64,000 nt of DNA from positions 14,115,316 through 14,179,315 of the forward strand of contig CM119270.1 in the NCBI GenBank assembly GCA_051294375.1, in the 5' to 3' direction. The position numbers and the translations under genes were made by a program. Positions 51,023 through 62,948 of the stretch are shown here, piece by piece (the stretch's first letter is position 1; each line of letters starts with the position of its first letter). Source of the DNA: Paraspadella gotoi (taxonomy: Eukaryota; Animalia; Chaetognatha). The notes below the pieces were generated by a model. That model had not been told where the DNA came from. It made no database searches and saw only the letters and a list, made by a program, of their open reading frames with translations.

Positions 51023-54000
51023 ACAACAGGTACAAAATTGATGAAACTCAATAAAAAATTATGTTTTCCACATTTCTTACGGAAATTATCTGATTATACT
51101 AATTCGTTAAAGAAAATGTAAAGCATCAGAATAGCTATTGCTTTTTCATTATTAATAAATACGTCGTTAGTTTTTTTAAATAATCTCTTCTCTCCTCTCT
51201 CTCCTCTCTCTCCTCTCTCTTCTCTCTCTCTCCNNNNNNNNNNNNNNNNNNNNNNNNNNNNNNNNNNNNNNNNNNNNNNNNNNNNNNNNNNNNNNNNNNN
51301 NNNNNNNNNNNNNNNNNNNNNNNNNNNNNNNNNNNNNNNNNNNNNNNNNNNNNNNNNNNNNNNNNNNNNNNNNNNNNNNNNNNNNNNNNNNNNNNNNNNN
51401 NNNNNNNNNNNNNNNNNNNNNNNNNNNNNNNNNNNNNNNNNNNNNNNNNNNNNNNNNNNNNNNNNNNNNNNNNNNNNNNNNNNNNNNNNNNNNNNNNNNN
51501 NNNNNNNNNNNNNNNNNNNNNNNNNNNNNNNNNNNNNNNNNNNNNNNNNNNNNNNNNNNNNNNNNNNNNNNNNNNNNNNNNNNNNNNNNNNNNNNNNNNN
51601 NNNNNNNNNNNNNNNNNNNNNNNNNNNNNNNNNNNNNNNNNNNNNNNNNNNNNNNNNNNNNNNNNNNNNNNNNNNNNNNNNNNNNNNNNNNNNNNNNNNN
51701 NNNNNNNNNNNNNNNNNNNNNNNNNNNNNNNNNNNNNNNNNNNNNNNNNNNNNNNNNNNNNNNNNNNNNNNNNNNNNNNNNNNNNNNNNNNNNNNNNNNN
51801 NNNNNNNNNNNNNNNNNNNNNNNNNNNNNNNNNNNNNNNNNNNNNNNNNNNNNNNNNNNNNNNNNNNNNNNNNNNNNNNNNNNNNNNNNNNNNNNNNNNN
51901 NNNNNNNNNNNNNNNNNNNNNNNNNNNNNNNNNNNNNNNNNNNNNNNNNNNNNNNNNNNNNNNNNNNNNNNNNNNNNNNNNNNNNNNNNNNNNNNNNNNN
52001 NNNNNNNNNNNNNNNNNNNNNNNNNNNNNNNNNNNNNNNNNNNNNNNNNNNNNNNNNNNNNNNNNNNNNNNNNNNNNNNNNNNNNNNNNNNNNNNNNGAG
52101 AGAGAGAGAGAGAGAGAGAGAATGTATGAACAAGAGTCGGTGCAGACCAAATCGAAAGAGAAAACGGAAATTGGGGAAAAATTCATAATATATTTTACTG
52201 GAATTGGATTGCCTCTACCAGTACACCATAGAAATAACCCTAAAATTTATTTTGTCTTTCTTGTTTTTATTGCGATTATTTTATCTCTAATATTTGGCAT
52301 TGTTATCCTTTTTTTTTTCTAAAACATTTTTCTATCTTTGACGATTTTTTAAACAAAATTTTTCTTTTGAATTTTGATCCTCCGAGTTGATTTTTTTCTT
52401 TAACAACAGGGGAGTCCACCTTGTGAACTTTCCTGATCTCTCTCATTTTCACTTTCCCATTTCTTTCTTATCTTTTCTTTCCTTTTCTTCTTTTTTTCTT
52501 TATTAACTCTTCTTTCTTTTTCCTTTTTCCTTCCTCTGAGTTCCTATGCGCTTCTCAAGCTCGTTTTCCCCCTTTGCCCTCCCCCCCATCTCTCCATCCC
52601 TATATCGCTTTCTTTTCCCCAGCAAATGTATCTCTCTCTTCCGAACTCTCTCATTCCAATCCCTCTCGATCATGCTCCCTGCACGCCGCGCCATGCTCCT
52701 TTCATGTTTTCCTAATCTTTCCCCTCCCGCCCTCTCTTTNNNNNNNNNNNNNNNNNNNNNNNNNNNNNNNNNNNNNNNNNNNNNNNNNNNNNNNNNNNNN
52801 NNNNNNNNNNNNNNNNNNNNNNNNNNNNNNNNNNNNNNNNNNNNNNNNNNNNNNNNNNNNNNNNNNNNNNNNNNNNNNNNNNNNNNNNNNNNNNNNNNNN
52901 NNNNNNNNNNNNNNNNNNNNNNNNNNNNNNNNNNNNNNNNNNNNNNNNNNNNNNNNNNNNNNNNNNNNNNNNNNNNNNNNNNNNNNNNNNNNNNNNNNNN
53001 NNNNNNNNNNNNNNNNNNNNNNNNNNNNNNNNNNNNNNNNNNNNNNNNNNNNNNNNNNNNNNNNNNNNNNNNNNNNNNNNNNNNNNNNNNNNNNNNNNNN
53101 NNNNNNNNNNNNNNNNNNNNNNNNNNNNNNNNNNNNNNNNNNNNNNNNNNNNNNNNNNNNNNNNNNNNNNNNNNNNNNNNNNNNNNNNNNNNNNNNNNNN
53201 NNNNNNNNNNNNNNNNNNNNNNNNNNNNNNNNNNNNNNNNNNNNNNNNNNNNNNNNNNNNNNNNNNNNNNNNNNNNNNNNNNNNNNNNNNNNNNNNNNNN
53301 NNNNNNNNNNNNNNNNNNNNNNNNNNNNNNNNNNNNNNNNNNNNNNNNNNNNNNNNNNNNNNNNNNNNNNNNNNNNNNNNNNNNNNNNNNNNNNNNNNNN
53401 NNNNNNNNNNNNNNNNNNNNNNNNNNNNNNNNNNNNNNNNNNNNNNNNNNNNNNNNNNNNNNNNNNNNNNNNNNNNNNNNNNNNNNNNNNNNNNNNNNNN
53501 NNNNNNNNNNNNNNNNNNNNNNNNNNNNNNNNNNNNNNNNNNNNNNNNNNNNNNNNNNNNNNNNNNNNNNNNNNNNNNNNNNNNNNNNNNNNNNNNNNNN
53601 NNNNNNNNNNNNNNNNNNNNNNNNNNNNNNNNNNNNNNNNNNNNNNNNNNNNNNNNNNNNNNATCGCGTTCCCACTAAAAGGAAATAATGTTTTAAAAAA
53701 TGAGTTCTGTTTGTTATTTGTTTCCATTGTTTTTTTAGTTTGTGTTTATGGTCGATTTTTATGCTCTCTGTCCCTCTCACTCTCTCATGTTTTTTTCAAA
53801 TGTTATTATAAAACACTTTTTCTGTAATGAAATTTTTGCGTCGCTGGCTTTTCGAACAAGGACGATATCTGGCTACAATTTTTAAAGAAATATAACAATT
53901 TGGTTTAATTTCATGAAGTCTTGCAAGCTTTTTCATGGGTCAGTTTCTTAATGATACCGTATATACTCGTTTGATTGCCCGCATTTAAAANNNNNNNNNN

Positions 54001-57000
54001 NNNNNNNNNNNNNNNCGTGGATATATCGGGGCCCCCCCCCTTCCCCCGCCCCCCTCTCTCTCCGATCCCTCCCGCGCCGCCTCCCGTCGTCATGGTTCTC
54101 CCTCGTCGTACGCCCACCCGCGCTCCCTCTTCTGCCATCCGCTTGCCCCCTCGGCCCGTCCTCTCCCCCTCCTCCACGTCCTCTCCCCGCTGCACCGCGT
54201 CTTTACTGCGCCCCCCCATCCCCTCCCCTTCCCTGTCCCTTCCCCTCTGCCCGTCGCTCTCCCTCCTCCCTGTCCTCTGCCCCCGGTGCCCCGCTCTCTC
54301 CCCCCGTCCTCTCCCCCTCTACACTAATCGCTTTCCTTCCTCGAAAACATTTATTTATATTTTCATTCATTCGGTTTCATACTTTTAAAACCAACCCATA
54401 GTTTATCAAGTGCAGCCTACTACAAAATTTGTGCTTGTGTTTTACTTACCTAACTGTTAATGAAAAATACAAGCTCAAATTTATTACAGTTAACGGAAGA
54501 AATTTAAGGTAATTAAAAATGTAATTGCAGACTTTCCTCTTTCAATTTAGCAAAAAGAAAAACAAAAAATGTTATATATGCCCTCATATGAGTCCGCCGA
54601 GGTTCCCCTAAGCAGGTGCTGTCCGGCCCCCCTCCACTCCCTCATCTCCCGTCCTTCTTCCCTGCCGCTCCCCGTCCTTCTTCCCCCCCATTCCCCTTGC
54701 CTCTCTTCTCCCTTCGGATCAACCGTTGTTATCCCATTTCAGCCAATCGGACTTCAATTTTCCTCACCCGCTTTCTTATATTGTTTTTCTTGCATTATAG
54801 ATCTCCACCTTCGTTTAAACTTAACCATTTGCGCATTTGATTTTCGTCCCTTCCTTGTCAATAGCCTGGTGTCCTACTATATAACTGTTATGTGTGAGGT
54901 TTAATTATTGATTCTCTTCTCCTCTTCATCTCGTCCATCATTCCCATCTTAGCTATCTCCCCCTTTCCCCGCCCCACCTTCCCCTTTTTCACGTATTCCT
55001 TTTTTCCATCTTGTAATTTTCTTTCATTCTCCCCGGTATTTCTTATCCGACCTTTCTTAAGTTCCGTTTTTCCGCCTTCTTCCCCTTTTTTTTCTCATTC
55101 CGCCGTTTTACATCCTCCCATCTCTGGCCATTCATTGATTAACCCGTCATTTCCATCTCTTCTCTTTCCCCATTTACCAATCTTTCCATCTCCCCCGTCA
55201 TTCCATTGTCTATTTCTCCCCGATCTTTCCATCGTGCCCCGTCTTCCAACATCCCCATTCCCTTATCTCCCCATCTTCCCATCCTTTTTCCTTTTCCCCC
55301 CCGCCCCCCCACTTTCCCCATCTTTCCCGATGTCTCCCCCCATTCGTTCTCATTATTCCTCGATCATTCCCATCTCCCCCCCATCTTCTCATTCTCCTTT
55401 CACTTTGAGTTTCCATATAAAAAATGTGTTCTTCCTCCAGACGCGACAATGACCGTCTTGCGAGCGGTTGAGGCAGATTCTGTCCTGCTTGTTTAATGCC
55501 AAAAAAAAACAACTGTAATTATACCTGGGGGGAACTCGTATTTAAAGTAATTATATATTTTAATATTAATATCTATATTTAAATTTTATCTAATATTATT
55601 GTATAAATTATTTTTATTAAAAAAACGATCGAGACTGTGTGTAGGTGGAGTGAAGAAAGAGAAGAAGAGAAGGAGAGTAGAGTCTAGAGTACAGAGAGGA
55701 AACATAGTGTAAGAAGAATAGAGAGATGATATATTAAATTCTAACTCACGATGGTTTTTCCACTTTCTTAGTTCGTTTACAGCCTCGTTTTGTTCTTCTC
55801 TTGTTCTCAGTGTCATTTTTTTGATTATATTGCTACTCACAAGCCACTCGCTTGTTTTTGTGTATAAACGTTTTTTGTTTTCTACTGTGCGGTCTCGCCT
55901 CCTCCATGTGTTATAATATTTTAGAGCTTTATTCCTATTTCTCAATTATTTAATTAGTAATTTCTATTATGTATTGATTATTATATTGAATTATTATTGA
56001 TATATTTATTATTAATATTATTATTATTATATATTATAGGGATTATTGTAATATTATATTATTATTTTATTATTATTATTAAATTATTTATTATTATTAT
56101 TGATTATTATTATTATTATGTACTATTTTTCCTTTTATGATTATCTTTGTTATTTTCCTTGGATGAGTCGTTAAATTTATCCAAGTCCTTATTCGTCACT
56201 ATGTTGCTTCTTCCCTCTTTCCCATTTGCTTTTTTCTAATATTTTTCCCGTGTTTTCTCTTTCTTTCCTTTTTCCATTTTCTTTCTTTCCTTTCCTTCAT
56301 TCTTCTTTCCTCTTCCTTCTTCTTTCTCTCTAATTTCTGTTTTCTTCCTCCCATCCTTCTCTTTCATCTTTTCTTTTTCTCTTTCCTCTTTTTTTTCCTC
56401 CTTTTTTTTTTCCTCTTTGTTCTTTTTTATCCCTGATTCTCTGATACTTTCCGTTCCTCTTTTCTTACTCGTCGGAGTTCGCTGCGTCCTCGCCGTGTGT
56501 GAAAAAGGAGAGAAACTAGTGAAGAAAACTTGAGCTATTCATTTTAGTTTTTTCCTCGGTGAGGAAAAGAATAGGGAGGGAAAAAGAAATGTTATGAGCA
56601 AAAAAAAAAAGAGAGATGCGACATAAAAGAAAAGAAAGAGGGAGGAAAGTAACCCGAGGGAAAAAAAAGTAGGTAAAAAATTAAAAGGGGGGAGCTACTT
56701 ATACAAAAGAAAAAAGCGTAATTTCCCGGTATAGTGCAATCTGCAGACGGGTTGAGTCCATATTATTTTTATATTATTTGCAGTGTGCAAATAATAGTAT
56801 ACGGATTGATTCCCTTACATTTTTCGACATTCCAAAATCGGATCTTGTTTTCATAATAGTTTGAAACAAAGTCTTTTAGATTTATTTGTTTTTTGGTATT
56901 TTAAAAGAAATACACATAACGCAATGCTGAAGTCTAAATTTTTAATGCACTAAATAAGATTATTCTTTTATTTTTTTATAAAGTTAATTCAACTCTCTCA

Positions 57001-60000
57001 TCAATCAAAGGCCCTTAAACCAGCAAACCCCGTCCAAATCTGCTTAGGGCAAGATAGTCTGTATATTATTAAATAGAATGGATAATTTTTTGATTATTTG
57101 TTTTGCGGTACCATTTCATAGCAATTGAGCTTAAGAACTTCTTGAATCAATGATATACAAAATAAGCGCACTTCACCTTTTCTAGAATATATTATACGGT
57201 GTGTGCCTATAAATGAATAAATAAGAATAAATATGCGAAAAACCAACCCTATTGAAAAATCGCCCGATTGAAAAAAAATATGAAAAAACTTTTCTAGCCG
57301 AAATGAAGATAATGGAAGTTGTGTTAACGATGCAAAAGGAGAAAGAGAGAGGAGAGAGAAGAGGGGGAGAAGAAGAGAGAGAAGAGATGAGAGGAGAGAG
57401 AGGAGAAGGAGGACGAGACGAGAGGGAGAGAAGAGAGAAGAGCAGAGAAGAGGAGGCAAGAGATTCTGTATACAAGCGCTCACTCTGTTGTGACGTCCTG
57501 GCAAAATGTCTAATACTGCTTCGCTGGGTGTAGAGGTGGGATATACTGGTACTGGTCTTACTTCATGACTCTTGCTCTCCTTGTACTCTCCCTATATAAG
57601 GTCAACCTCATATGTGTGTGGGCTCTCTCCTTCGGTGATGCTCTCCTATTATGGACGACGAGTGAGCGAGACTATGCCTGCGCTCTGATGGCGCAGAGCC
57701 GTGCGCGTACGCTCATACTCGAAGTGATTTTCAATTATCGGACATGTAAATCGTTCGTGCGTGGATGGGATGATAATACTACCTCACTATATCATGTAGA
57801 AGGAAATGGGTATAAATAATATATATAATATATATAATAATATACTCTGTGTTCTCCTCTCAGATGTACTCTCAATGTATTAATGAGGAGATTAATACAT
57901 ATATCAGACTCAACTGACTTTGGACAGGTATCTCTATTTTGGATTTTATGGTCCTCTCTGGAGGAACTCCTCAATAATAGATCATCCGAATAGCTCAAGA
58001 TATCCCTATTAAGCCCGAGTCTTAAACAACAAGAGCCGGGGTGATTAACTAAATATTAAATAATATGAATAATATACGAAGGAGTGAAGATCTTGTATTA
58101 AGAAATAGTGTAGCTATAATAGAACTCAGAGAGTACGATCGATACAAAATATAACAGGAGGAGCGATGATGACTCGCGTTTGAGACTAAATAGCTATGAA
58201 ATTATAGTGGAGAGGACAAGGACATCAACGAGATTGGAGGAGTAGAAGAATGCAATTATGAAAATCAGGAAAGCGAAATGGGTTGAAAACAAATATTCGG
58301 ATTGGCATAAATCTTAAAAAATTATGCTTGATAGTGATTGAGAGCCTAAAAAGAGAGAATTTAAAGAAGTTGATAAAAGAGGTAGAGGCGAGATCTTTGA
58401 TACTAGCGTCAAAGACCGACCATAGTGCAGTAATGATGGCGGTAGACTCTAAAATATCGCTCAGGTGGATAATGTTAAGTCTATTGGCTCGTGCGTAACT
58501 TACTTCCTCCCTTGTCTTCTTTCTTCTTGATTAGAAGCGACTAATGACGATAGGAAGAGGAAATAGACATTCTCTCTATAATGCTAGAGATGCTAATTGT
58601 CATCTGATATCTCTATCAATAAATAATAACTCGAAGAATGGTAATAGAGATACGGTAAAACGGTAGAATGCATTAGAGACCTCACTTACGCATCAAACCT
58701 CCGCTTGAAGATAAATAGACAAACGACATAAGTGGAAGTATCGTCGGAAATAAATATAATCTTGCTTTAATGAGGAATGATCTCTGTACTCGATCTGGTC
58801 CTCATATGATATATTGAATATACTCTATATAAAATGTTATTAATATATGCCTCTCTTAACCTACTAAATATCTTATGAATAACCCATTGTAATGTAGTGC
58901 AAGCAGTACTTAATCTATCTCTGTCTCATTGTCTGATATTATTAAGCGCGAGGTCTCACTCAGAGCTTATCGCTAAAATATCGCTCGATCTCTCGAGTGC
59001 AGAGAGAAGTGTTATATATTCTACATTTGAAATAGATTAAACAGTAAGATGAGTATATTGAGTGATCAGATGCGTCTACTCAATACGTCTCTCTTTTCTC
59101 TCCCCCTCCATCTCTCGCTCAATAGCCCCGTAATATTCAACGGCCTTGGGTATTGCTCGAGTATATACGGTAAATGATCTTTTTTGTCGTTAGCAAAGTC
59201 ATTCATCTTTAAAATCACCTAATCGTTCCGATGAATAAACGATATCATAAATATCAATAAATAATAATATTTAACCGTTTTCTGCTTTTATGAATTTAAA
59301 CATCTGTCGTAATACATCCGCTTTCATTTATAATACACTTTAACAAGAATCACCCTCGGAAGACACTCTCCGAATGTATCATAATCGCAGATAGAGTCGT
59401 TTCTCATCATATTCAATATATAAGGAGCCATATATAGTTATATACTTAAATAAGATAATCATAAATAGCAGACAAGTTAAAAAAAATTATAACATTTTTC
59501 GAAAGCATTTTTAAATTGAGTTTGTAGCGGGCATTGTCCGGGTTTACATACCGTTGTTTATTGGCCCGACTGTGTAATGCACAGTCACGCCAATAGGCTA
59601 AGTTTCTCCTATCGTGGCCTGGTGGCTCGTTGCGTAAATCCGTCAGCTCATGACCACTATGAACTCGAGTACAATCCCAAACCCATACCTGCCCTCAGGG
59701 GCGGCGAGAGGGGGGGTTTTATTCGTCTCAGGTGAAGGGCCCGGGATGGCCCTGAGAAGAGAGAAAAAAATGAAAAAAGAAGAAAAAAAAAAAGAAAAGA
59801 AGAAGAAAAAAATAATGGAAAATTTTTATATTGGGTGTACCTATTTCTTAAAATTCATCTCCTTGTATTTAGATGCTGGGCGGAGTACAATATAGAATTC
59901 CGCGATCTAATACTTAATGGAGTGGTCTTTTCATACAATTGAAACATTCTTTGAAATATTTTCCACTTCATTGATAGGGAAGCCAGGTACTCTGGGAAAG

Positions 60001-62948
60001 CTTGCAGGAACCCACTATGTCATTATTTTGTAAGAGTGATGGAGGCCTTAAACCACCAAAGCCTGTCCAAAGTCAGGGGCAAGATAGCTTATTTATTAAA
60101 TGAATGGATAATTTTTATATTGGTTGTACCAATTTCATAAAAAAGAAGAAAAAAAAAGAAGAAAAATGATAAATTAAAGGAATTGAGTGATTATGAAATG
60201 CCAAGTTGCAAGTCCTAGAGGCAGAAGTTTGAGCACTGGAGCAATTTTCATGGCAGAAAGTCGGTAATCGAAAACTAAATTATGGAGAGCGGGTGTGGGG
60301 GCGCGAAATGGTGGAGAGAGGAAGGACCAGGGCGTTTAAACTTTTTTTAGATAATCAGGCAGTGTGGGGGGTGGGGGCGGCGAGGAGGCTAGTGGGGGGC
60401 CCGCCATTTCTCTCGCCGCCCCTGCCTGCCCTAAGGGAAGACATCAATGCCCGCTACAAGTTGACCGACGTAAAATTTTGGAGGTTAGGTATGTACGTAG
60501 TAAATTCTTTCTTTCTTAGAATTCAAAGAAGTATGCCATATAAAACCAATATCATACTGTCGGAGCAGATCCGACTTGAAAGAACACATTGTCAAAGAAA
60601 ACGTTTAAAAAAGTTTTAAAAGTATTACTTCTTTCGCCTCTAAAAACTACCTTTGATATCCGATCGCATGAACGGAACACCGAATCAATACAGCACTTAT
60701 CTTTATTTGTTATTGTTATGTTTGCTAATTCTTTATTTTCCCCCTTCCCTCCCTCTTTCAAACCCTCGTGCCTCCTAAAACTTTTCCATCTTGTCGCTTC
60801 CCACCTTCTCCTCCGAAACCCCTTCCTTCCACGCCCACCATCTCCAACGCCCCGTGCCCAACTCCTCCTTCAGCGAAACCCGGCGTCGGCGACGACCCCG
60901 GCGTCGTGCCATCGGAGGTCGCTACGGTACCCCCGCTTCCGGTTCGCGTCGTCGAGGAGGTCGGCGCCCAGACGCGCGGCGCCAAGGGGACGGCCGGCGC
61001 GGTTTGCGGCGTCGGCGGGCCGAGCGCAGCCGGCGCCGTCGCTGCCGTCCCCGTCGCCGGTAAAAAGAGCCCCACAAAGAAGAGCATTTTGAAGAAGGAG
61101 GCGGCGCTGCACAAGGAGGAGACGGAGAAGCTGCTCGTCGACGCGACCGAGGTCGAACCCGTCGTCCAGATCGCGGGGCCGAAGCAGCAGCAACAGCAGC
61201 ATCAACAACGGCAGCAGCCGAAACATTTCCCGCCCAAACAACCGCAGCGACAACTTCCAGAGCCTATGCAACAAATTCCCGACGCGCATCGATCCGTCGA
61301 TCCCCGACAACAGCATCCTTACCTCCAGCATTCCCCAGCCGCGCCCCCTCAACACCATTCCCCGGCGGCCGCCCCTTCTCAGCAGCAACAGCAGCAACAA
61401 CGCTATCCCCATCATCATCACCCTCCTCTTCCCTCCGCTCCCCATCATCATCATCATCATCACCATCACCATCCCCATCATCCTCGCGCCCCCCGTCCCC
61501 CGTCCACCGAGGCGCCCCCACCTCCCGCTCCCCCTCCCCCTCCGCACTCTTCCTCCTCCTCCTCTTCCTCCTCCAAACCTCTCGAAGAGCCGGAGTCTCC
61601 CATCTCAGCAATAAAGGAAATGAAGAAGCTCATCAAAAACAAGTTGGAGGACGGCGAGGCATCCTCGACGAGCCGCTCGGGGACCCAGCCGACGACGGGC
61701 CTCGACGACAGCGGCGGCGAATCCGGCGCCGAATCTGGCATCGGCGACGCCGCGCCGTGGGACGCTGGCGGCGTCGTCGCCAATTCGGTCGTCGTCGAAA
61801 CGCCGCCCCCGCCGCATCACTCCTGCGGCGCGGGGCACGCGCCACTCCAGCAGCATCAGCAGCAATCTCCTTACCACCACCACCATCACCACCACCAACA
61901 GCCTCTCTGCGGCCACACCCACCACCACTCCTCCGTCAACGACGATTCGGCGGTGGTGGAGGACGGCGACGACTCAATCGTCGGGGTCGCGTCGCAATGC
62001 GTCAGTCCCGTGCGAAGCGCGCGACACGCTCAGGGGTGCCACGTCGTCGGGCCGGCGTGTCACGCTCCCGGGTGTCAAGCGTGTCAGACTTGTCACGCCG
62101 AATGCTGCGCGGAGATGGACCGGGCGAATCAGCATCAACATCATCGCCACGCTGGTTCGTGCCACGTTGCCACGTGCCTCGTGGGTCAAGTCGGCCACGG
62201 CGATGGATGCGCCTCCTCCGTTCAGTGCTACTCGTCGCTGCCTACGCCGAGAAGGGCGTCGATGTTCGACGTCAACGGCGGCGGCGGCGGCGGCGGCGAC
62301 AGCGGCCCAGTGACTTCGCCCAAATCCAACGACGCTTCCCTCAAATCGCCGGATTTTTCCGCCGTTCGCCGACGCAGCGGCGGCGTCGGCTGCGTCGAGG
62401 GCCGACCCGGCGGCGAATACCGCCGAAGCACCGGCGGCGCCAGCAGCGTCGGCGGTAGCGGCGGCAGCGGCTACTTCGGCAGCGGCGCCGGCGTCGACAG
62501 CAGCGACGAGGATGACGACGACGAGGATGACGACGATGCCGAGGACGACGAGGATGACGACGACGCAGACCGCGCCGACGTTCACGACTCCTCGTTGTCG
62601 CCGCTGAGAAATATGGCGCTGCTCAAATCCATTCCATTCATAGACTCTGGCGACTCCAACGGAGATTCGCCGCCCAACTCCGCCGCCGCCGCCGCCTCCA
62701 ACGCCGACGTCGCCGGCCAGGCGCCGCTCGACTCTTCCGCCGGCGCCGGGAAGCGCGTCGCCGACTTTTTCGCCGTCGTCGTCGACGACGACGACACGAA
62801 ACGATCGTGCCAACAACATAAACAACAACATCCACAACAACAACAACAACCACAAAGACAACTCCAGCAACCACTGCAACCACAATCATCGCGCAATGAC
62901 AATAATGTGAATGCGTTTTATGCTACCGAGCGTTCTTGCTTATCCTAA
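39915..62948 (+). CDS. Shab: Voltage-gated K+ channel Kv2/Shab (KCNB family), about 1670 aa if the distal last exon is used
   Basis: Exons 39915-40520, 40764-40933, 41276-41383, 41754-41913, 42136-42346, 42786-43075, 43542-43736, 44122-44282, 44684-45089, 45479-45716, 45954-46065, 49081-49370 and 60874-62948 are phase-consistent (5022 nt). Motifs: T1 [11 protein letters not shown]...[11 protein letters not shown]; S4 [18 protein letters not shown]; pore TMTTVGYGD; S6 PIPIIVNNF; Kv2-type [30 protein letters not shown]. The core (39915-44282) is certain; the C-terminal exons are inferred. Confidence 0.93.
55441..55496 (+). CDS. Possible alternative short terminal exon of Kv2 ([18 protein letters not shown])
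   Basis: Acceptor GTTCTTCCTCCAG ends at 55440 and is phase 1, compatible with the donor at 49370; stop at 55494-55496. Splice signal and frame only; no homology evidence. Confidence 0.3.
56840..58800 (+). mobile_element. Decayed or noisy hAT transposon copy with transposase remnant (ZMYM1/DUF4371-like)
   Basis: 57010-57120 matches 60044-60138 inside the TIR-bounded hAT element. Broken frames give [25 protein letters not shown] and a DET.DISG-like stretch (58270-58740), in the order expected for this transposase type. The sequence is indel-rich and the boundaries are approximate. Confidence 0.45.
59523..60458 (+). mobile_element. Solo LTR (about 199 bp after removing the nested insert) containing a tRNA-like segment; Helenus-like non-autonomous LTR element
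   Basis: Starts TGTAGCGGGCATTG (59523) and ends CAATGCCCGCTACA (60458): TG..CA ends with a perfect 14-bp terminal inverted repeat. It is flanked by the 4-bp direct repeat AGTT (59519-59522 and 60459-60462). Internally it has A-box-like GGTGGCTCGTTGC, CTCATGA and B-box-like GAGTACAATCCC (59621-59678). Confidence 0.7.
59696..60424. mobile_element. Non-autonomous hAT-type DNA transposon (729 bp) nested in the LTR
   Basis: Perfect 14-bp TIRs CAGGGGCGGCGAGA (59696-59709) and TCTCGCCGCCCCTG (60411-60424), with a perfect 8-bp TSD CCTGCCCT (59688-59695 and 60425-60432). An 8-bp TSD with CAG-starting TIRs is typical of hAT. Confidence 0.88.
60874..62948 (+). CDS. Long low-complexity terminal exon (about 691 codons), most likely the Kv2/Shab C-terminus
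   Basis: Lies within ORF 60768-62948. The first AG after a long AG-free pyrimidine tract is at 60872-60873, and its phase 1 matches the donor at 49370. Contains poly-Q/H/P/D/G runs and a His/Cys-rich segment. It could belong to a separate gene whose upstream exons lie in gaps. Confidence 0.75.

Noticed and set aside
22326-54015. Long ORFs spanning X runs
   Set aside because: They are artefacts of N-gaps; real exons could be hidden in the gaps but cannot be called.
59615-59690. Functional tRNA-Met gene
   Set aside because: The boxes are degenerate, there is no convincing acceptor stem, and it is embedded in a TSD-flanked element.
60758-62902. Antisense and alternative-frame ORFs over the terminal exon (also over the ABCC and lectin exons)
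   Set aside because: They are shadow ORFs of GC-rich coding sequence.
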